Source: Candidatus Dojkabacteria bacterium HGW-Dojkabacteria-1
GTDB lineage: Bacteria > Patescibacteriota > Dojkabacteria > SC72
Length of the DNA: 64,000 nt
Reading direction: 5' to 3'
Assembly: GCA_002840365.1 (NCBI GenBank)
Contig: PHAO01000001.1
Location: 441,337 to 505,336 of the forward strand
Below are positions 59,063-64,000 of the stretch, one piece after another. Each line of letters opens with the position of its first letter. Positions within the stretch are counted from its first letter, which is position 1. The translations under genes and the position numbers were made by a program. The notes beneath the pieces are model-generated. The model saw only the letters and a program-made list of their open reading frames with translations. It did no database searches and was not told the DNA's origin.

Positions 59063-59308
59063 TTAGTCAGCATCTTCAAACATATCAGGATTTTCATTAC
59101 CACACCTTGGACATTTCTTTAATTCTTTCATTCCTTCATAAAGATAACCACAGTTAAGACATTTCCATCTTAACCATCTACTTTCCAAATCTTCTGGATT
59201 AGTATCGTGTGTAGCTAAACCATTTGTAGGTGGAACATGCTCTGTTGGATCCAAGTTAGTATCTTGATTAGGAACTTGTGTATTACCATTATTTAATGTA
59301 TCGTCCAT
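59063..59308 (-). CDS. small zinc-ribbon protein
   Basis: 81 aa; CxxC...CxxC (CLNCGY...CPRCGN) at the C-terminus; 20-nt overlap with the upstream kinase gene. Confidence 0.5.
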   Translation of the reverse strand: MDDTLNNGNTQVPNQDTNLDPTEHVPPTNGLATHDTNPEDLESRWLRWKCLNCGYLYEGMKELKKCPRCGNENPDMFEDAD

Positions 59309-59882
59309 CTTCTAATTCCTTTAAAATTAAATTAAAAGTCTCCACCTCATCTAAATTAGAGGTGTCTAAAACAATATCGTAATACTCTGAAGGCTTATCA
59401 TATTTAATCTTATACAATCTTTGATACTTCTCCTTATCTATCCTGTATCTCTTTTTTAACCTTCTGTGTATCTCAAATCTTTTCCAAATTTTTGCAATAC
59501 CAGTAATACCCTCTTTAGAAATCTGTCTTTCTATTCTTTTTTCCATTTCGCAATCTAACCATATTGTTGCAGTACAAGGAATGTTTCTTACTTTTGCTAA
59601 AGCTCCAAATATTTTACTTTCAATTAATATATTTCCTACTTTTGAATACTCTAGTAAAAGGTTATCAATCTCTAAATCCAAACTGTTTCCACCTTCAGAA
59701 ATCTCTTGTAAGAACTCTTCAAAAGATTCAAAATCTTCTTCCTTTGCTTTCTCTCTAAACAAATCTCCAGCATAAATACGAGGTATAGAGAAATGCTTGG
59801 CAAGCATCTCAGAAATAGTAGAACTACCTGAACCACCTGGACCTCCAACAACAAGTAATATCTTTTCTCTCTTTTGTTTCAT
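59289..59882 (-). CDS. P-loop nucleoside-monophosphate kinase (cytidylate/adenylate-kinase-like)
   Basis: Walker A 'GGPGGSGSST'; 197 aa. Confidence 0.55.
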   Translation of the reverse strand: MKQKREKILLVVGGPGGSGSSTISEMLAKHFSIPRIYAGDLFREKAKEEDFESFEEFLQEISEGGNSLDLEIDNLLLEYSKVGNILIESKIFGALAKVRNIPCTATIWLDCEMEKRIERQISKEGITGIAKIWKRFEIHRRLKKRYRIDKEKYQRLYKIKYDKPSEYYDIVLDTSNLDEVETFNLILKELEDGRYIK

Positions 59883-59914
59883 ATTACAATATATAGTATA
59901 TTAGTAGACGTACA

Positions 59915-61099
59915 ATGTCGAGAAAAGAAGTAAAAAAAAGACAAAGCACAACAAACAGACAGGGTCCTGATAAAGGGATTCTTTTTTTCTTAATCATTAT
60001 GGCTATCTTTGGAGCCATTATGATTTATGATGCAAGTGTATATCAAGCTAATCAACTCTTTAAAGATCAATTCTATTTCCTAAAGCAACAAGTACTTTGG
60101 CTCTTCATCGGTACCATACCAGCATTCTTCTTCTATTTCATTGACTATCGGAAACTTCTTAAATTAGCACTTCCAGGTTTAATAACCATTATTATCCTTT
60201 TAATATTAGTTCTAGTATTTGGCGAAGAAGTTAATGGTTCAAAAAGATGGTTTCAAATTGGCCCCATCCCTCCCATTCAACCTGCAGAATTCGCAAAAAT
60301 CATAGTTGTAATGTATTTCTCCAGCTGGTTAGCTAAAAGAGAACATAGCTATACAAAGTTTGAAGATGCTCTTAAAAAGGGCTTTGGTAACAGTTTACTT
60401 GGTTTCATTGCGATATTAGGAGTAGTAGCCGTATTAATACTTCTGGAACCTGACTTAGGAACTACAATGATAATATGTGTAACTGCTTTTGCAATGTTCT
60501 TTGTCTCAGGAAAAGACAAGGCTCACAGCCTTGGCTCTTTCCTCATGATATTTCTTTTACTACCAATAGCTGCCATTGCAGCAATACTTGAACCATACAG
60601 ATTAAGTAGAGTTCAAACTTTCCTAAACCTAATACTCACAGGAGAAGTATCAGATCCAAGAGGAAGTGGGTATCAAATGCAACAGATATTGATAGGGATA
60701 GGATCAGGAGGATTCTGGGGTAAAGGGTTTGGACAATCAAGGCAAAGATTTGGATATTTAGTTGAGAATACAGCTTTCACAGATTCAATCTTTGCAGTAG
60801 TCCTTGAAGAATTAGGCCTTTGGGGAGGAGCGATAATAGTGTTTTCTTGGATATTCTTCCTTTGGAGGGGATTTAAAATTGCTATGAATGCAATTGATAG
60901 GGAAGGTCAACTATTAGCTGCAGGTATAACCATATGGTTAACATGCCAGGCGTTTTTCAATATGGCAGCCAATGTAGGATTAATTCCCTTAACAGGAATA
61001 CCTCTACCATTCCTTACTTATGGAGGATCTAGTACAATAGTGACATTAATGGCATTTGGATTACTTTTAAATGTAAGTAGATATGCAAAACAAAAATAA
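59915..61099 (+). CDS. ftsW: SEDS-family peptidoglycan glycosyltransferase FtsW/RodA
   Basis: 10-TM SEDS topology; conserved 'QPAEFAK' and 'LTYGGSS' motifs. Confidence 0.8.
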   Translation: MSRKEVKKRQSTTNRQGPDKGILFFLIIMAIFGAIMIYDASVYQANQLFKDQFYFLKQQVLWLFIGTIPAFFFYFIDYRKLLKLALPGLITIIILLILVLVFGEEVNGSKRWFQIGPIPPIQPAEFAKIIVVMYFSSWLAKREHSYTKFEDALKKGFGNSLLGFIAILGVVAVLILLEPDLGTTMIICVTAFAMFFVSGKDKAHSLGSFLMIFLLLPIAAIAAILEPYRLSRVQTFLNLILTGEVSDPRGSGYQMQQILIGIGSGGFWGKGFGQSRQRFGYLVENTAFTDSIFAVVLEELGLWGGAIIVFSWIFFLWRGFKIAMNAIDREGQLLAAGITIWLTCQAFFNMAANVGLIPLTGIPLPFLTYGGSSTIVTLMAFGLLLNVSRYAKQK

Positions 61100-62258
61100 C
61101 AAGAAAATTCTTGTAGTAGGGGGAGGAAGCGGAGGACATCTTTCAAGTGCAAATGCTCTACTTGAATCTATGTTAGATGAATATATGATTCCTGCTGAAA
61201 ATATCGTATATGTTGGAGGAGATTTAGGTATGGAAGGAGAAAGGGTTGGGAATTCGTTAGAACAGAAACAAATGGTTAACAAACCATACAGTGTATATTT
61301 TTTAAGAGCAGGTAAACTTCAAAGACAAATTTCCTTTAATACCGTTAAATTACTATTCAGAACAATATTAGGCTTTTTTGATGCAGTAAAGATATTAAAA
61401 ATAGAAAAACCAAATCTAGTTATTTCTACTGGAGGATTTGTATCAGTTCCCATATGTATTATAAGTTGGATATCAAAAATCCCAATATATTTACATGAAC
61501 AAACTGCTTCTGTTGGACTTTCAAACAAGATAGTTGGAAAGCTTGCAAAAAGAGTATATGTATCATTTAAAGAATCTACTAAATATTTTTCTAAAGGTAA
61601 GGCTTTACACGTTGGAAACAATGTAAGAAAGGCTATCTTTACAAAAGAAAAAAATGACAATACAAGTAAAGAAATAGTAGAGATATTCAAAAATTCAAAA
61701 GAGTTTCCCGTTATATATGTTTCAGGAGGCAGTCTTGGATCTCATATATTAAATAGGAAAGTAATTTCCTCTTTGAACCAACTATTAGAGAAATACTCCG
61801 TAATACTTCAAACTGGTGATAATCAACAATTTAAGGATTTTGAATATGCTCTAGGTAAGAAACTTGAATTGGATGAAAATATTTCTAGAAGATTTCTTCC
61901 TGTAAAATATATAGAGAAGGAAAATATTGGATATGTACTTAACAATATGCATCTTTTTGTTGGTAGGTCTGGTGCAAACACTGTATATGAAATAGGAGTA
62001 TTAAAAAAGAATGCTCTCTTCATTCCAATTCCTTGGGTAACACACAATGAACAGTATCTTAATGCAAAAGTATTAGAGAATATCGGTACAGCTAAAATAT
62101 TGGAGGAAAAATATCTTACTGAGAGCAATCTATTAGATGAGATACAAAGACTCGAAGAGCAATTAAAACTAAGAGAAATTCAGTATGAGAAACTTGATGA
62201 ACTATTCCCAATAAATGCAACCTCAAGAATTTTAGACGATATATTGAAAGAAAAATAA
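61083..62258 (+). CDS. murG: undecaprenyldiphospho-muramoylpentapeptide beta-N-acetylglucosaminyltransferase MurG
   Basis: N-terminal 'ILVVGGGSGGH' (G-loop 1); GT28 architecture; overlaps ftsW by 17 nt. Confidence 0.8.
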   Translation: MQNKNNKKILVVGGGSGGHLSSANALLESMLDEYMIPAENIVYVGGDLGMEGERVGNSLEQKQMVNKPYSVYFLRAGKLQRQISFNTVKLLFRTILGFFDAVKILKIEKPNLVISTGGFVSVPICIISWISKIPIYLHEQTASVGLSNKIVGKLAKRVYVSFKESTKYFSKGKALHVGNNVRKAIFTKEKNDNTSKEIVEIFKNSKEFPVIYVSGGSLGSHILNRKVISSLNQLLEKYSVILQTGDNQQFKDFEYALGKKLELDENISRRFLPVKYIEKENIGYVLNNMHLFVGRSGANTVYEIGVLKKNALFIPIPWVTHNEQYLNAKVLENIGTAKILEEKYLTESNLLDEIQRLEEQLKLREIQYEKLDELFPINATSRILDDILKEK

Positions 62259-63335
62259 ATGAAAATAGAGAGAAACAAAAACTTAAAAGATTACAACCAG
62301 TATGGTGTTGAAGCTAAGGCTAAATATTTTGTTGAAATCTCTACCAAGAAAGAGATTGTCGATGTTCTTAAATCAGAATATTCAAAAGATAATCTATTAA
62401 TACTTGGAGATGGTAACAATATTCTTTTCACTAAGGATTTTGATGGATTAATAATAAAACCAAATCTTAAAGGAAGAAAAATTGTTGAAGAGAATGATGA
62501 CTTCGTTTTAGTTGAAATGGCAAGTGGAGAAAATTGGGATGAGTTTGTGAAATGGGCAGTAAAAAACAGTTATCAGGGTATAGAAAATATGATTTTAATC
62601 CCAAGCAGTATAGGAGGTGCTGTTTCTCAAAATATCGCTGCCTACGGACAAAATATTATGGATGTAGTTACAAAAGTATATGCAATTGAAATTGAAACGG
62701 GAGAAGAAAAAGAGTTTGAGCATAAAGATTGTGAATTTAAATATAGAGAAAGTATTTTTAAGAAAAAATTTAAGAACAAATATATTATTACCTCTGCAGT
62801 ATTTAAACTTAATAAGGTAGTAAAGGAATTAGAAACTAGTTACCACGAAAGAAAGTCAAGATATGGCTCTTTAGAAGATGAGCTAAAATCTTTTGCCAAA
62901 GAACCATATACAATTCACAACGTCATGACTGCAGTAATAAATCAGAGAAATAAAAAGCTGCCCTCTGTTAGTGAATACGGTACATGTGGTTCAGTCTTTG
63001 CAAATCCAACGATATCAAAAGAAAAATATTTAGAACTTTCAAAAATAATCTCAGAGTTACAATCGTATCCGGTAGATAAACTACAATATACTATAAAAGA
63101 GTGGGATAAAATTAATGATAATTATGTAAAAATCCCTGCAGGTAGAATTATTGATGAACTAGGATGGAGGGGAAAGTGGGAAAGAAATGTAGGAGTATAT
63201 GATAAGCATGCTCTCTGTATAGTTACAAATCGTAAAGCTAATGGAAAAGATATATATGAATTCTTAGAGAATATTCGTAATGATGTAAAAAAGCATTACG
63301 ATATAGATCTTGAATATGAAATTAATATTATTTAA
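62259..63335 (+). CDS. murB: UDP-N-acetylenolpyruvoylglucosamine reductase MurB
   Basis: FAD-binding domain motif 'LILGDGNNILF' and C-terminal MurB domain; directly adjacent to murG. Confidence 0.7.
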   Translation: MKIERNKNLKDYNQYGVEAKAKYFVEISTKKEIVDVLKSEYSKDNLLILGDGNNILFTKDFDGLIIKPNLKGRKIVEENDDFVLVEMASGENWDEFVKWAVKNSYQGIENMILIPSSIGGAVSQNIAAYGQNIMDVVTKVYAIEIETGEEKEFEHKDCEFKYRESIFKKKFKNKYIITSAVFKLNKVVKELETSYHERKSRYGSLEDELKSFAKEPYTIHNVMTAVINQRNKKLPSVSEYGTCGSVFANPTISKEKYLELSKIISELQSYPVDKLQYTIKEWDKINDNYVKIPAGRIIDELGWRGKWERNVGVYDKHALCIVTNRKANGKDIYEFLENIRNDVKKHYDIDLEYEINII

Positions 63336-63344
63336 CAATCACAT

Positions 63345-64000
63345 ATGTCCAATTTAAAAGTCCGTGGAGGTAAAAGATTAAGCGGTGAAATAACTCCTGC
63401 AGGAAATAAAAACTCTGCATTACCAATCCTTTGTGCAACTCTGCTTACAGATGAATCAATAACAATACATAATTTCCCAGATTTAACAGACATTAATAAA
63501 TTAATTGACCTTATGGTTGAACTTGGTTCAAAGGTTGATTGGAACAAGGAAGAACAAACGATAACAATAGATAATTCTAAATTTTGCGATTCCTTTGGAG
63601 AAGAAGGTTTTCCACTAGGTATGAGGGGAGCACTATTAATTCTTGCACCACTTTTGTATAGACATAAATATCTTGAAATAGAGGAGGAAATAGGAGGGTG
63701 TTCTCTGGGTATTAGAGAAATAGATCCACATTTAGATGTTTTTAAAAGGTTAGGAGCAAAAGTAGATACAAATGGTTCGATCAAGATAGATGCAAAAAGT
63801 GGATTGACAGGAGGGGAGTTATGGCAAGACTATATGTCCGTTACTACAACAGAAAACTTTGTTATGGCAGCTGCTTTAGCAAAGGGAAAATCTGTAATGG
63901 TTAATAGTGCATCAGAACCACATGTACAAGATTTGTGTAATTTTCTTGTTAGTATGGGTGCAAAAATAGATGGAATCGGTTCTTCGACATTAATTGTTCA
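63345..64000 (+). CDS. murA: UDP-N-acetylglucosamine 1-carboxyvinyltransferase MurA (5' partial; runs off the window end)
   Basis: ATG at 63345; translation 'MSNLKVRGGKRLSGEITPAGNKNSALPILCATLL' is the canonical MurA N-terminus; absent from the ORF track because there is no stop within the window. Confidence 0.8.
   Translation, partial: MSNLKVRGGKRLSGEITPAGNKNSALPILCATLLTDESITIHNFPDLTDINKLIDLMVELGSKVDWNKEEQTITIDNSKFCDSFGEEGFPLGMRGALLILAPLLYRHKYLEIEEEIGGCSLGIREIDPHLDVFKRLGAKVDTNGSIKIDAKSGLTGGELWQDYMSVTTTENFVMAAALAKGKSVMVNSASEPHVQDLCNFLVSMGAKIDGIGSSTLIV

Noticed and set aside
63332-63784. ORF 63332-63784(-), 150 aa
   Set aside because: It is antisense to the clear murA N-terminus, which is not in the ORF track only because it runs off the window.
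1-64000. CRISPR arrays, rRNA genes, transposases or IS elements, reverse transcriptases
   Set aside because: A visual scan found no regularly spaced direct repeats, no rRNA-like conserved stretches, and no DDE or YADD motifs in any ORF. None are reported.

Overview
This is an AT-rich, compact, gene-dense window, with GC estimated by eye at about 30-35%. The gene content and style fit a reduced-genome Gram-positive-like or CPR/Patescibacteria-type bacterium. That is an inference from gene content and composition only.

The housekeeping backbone includes an M16 peptidase, dcd, nagZ, a nifS/iscS-nifU-mnmA sulfur relay, prs, typA, def, secG, pyk, ftsW-murG-murB-murA, and an ABC-F ATPase with MacB-like ABC transporter and SBP family 5 genes. 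There are four tRNAs: His-GUG, Leu-CAG, Cys-GCA and Leu-UAA.

The most notable accessory content is as follows.

1. A minus-strand, co-directional block of 5 genes at about 4252-11909 sits directly against the 3' end of tRNA-His. It encodes a large serine recombinase, a single-chain Type IIG (MmeI-like) restriction-modification enzyme, a pT181/Rep_trans-like rolling-circle replication initiator, a small ORF and a 454-aa protein of unknown family. I read this as an integrated mobile or defence island.

2. A gene at 24635-25396 has the hallmarks of a heliorhodopsin, including the TM7 retinal lysine.

3. Three discrete GC-richer patches, judged by eye, look horizontally acquired. The first (11984-12170) is a Shine-Dalgarno-led, cysteine-rich 39-aa peptide with a 12-bp hairpin. 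The second (13067-14420) holds two secreted proteins, one with 30-nt tandem repeats. The third (26314-28212) encodes an SLT-like plus M23 cell-wall hydrolase and a membrane protein.

4. A sortase lies next to a paralogous family of cell-surface proteins with non-canonical C-terminal anchors.

5. A chimeric response-regulator/histidine-kinase remnant looks like a deletion scar.

6. A 450-nt intergenic region ends in a strong plus-strand intrinsic terminator and may encode an sRNA.

7. A 786-aa cytoplasmic protein has no family I can recognise.

No rRNA, CRISPR array or transposase was seen. All family assignments come from motif recognition by eye and need HMM or BLAST confirmation.
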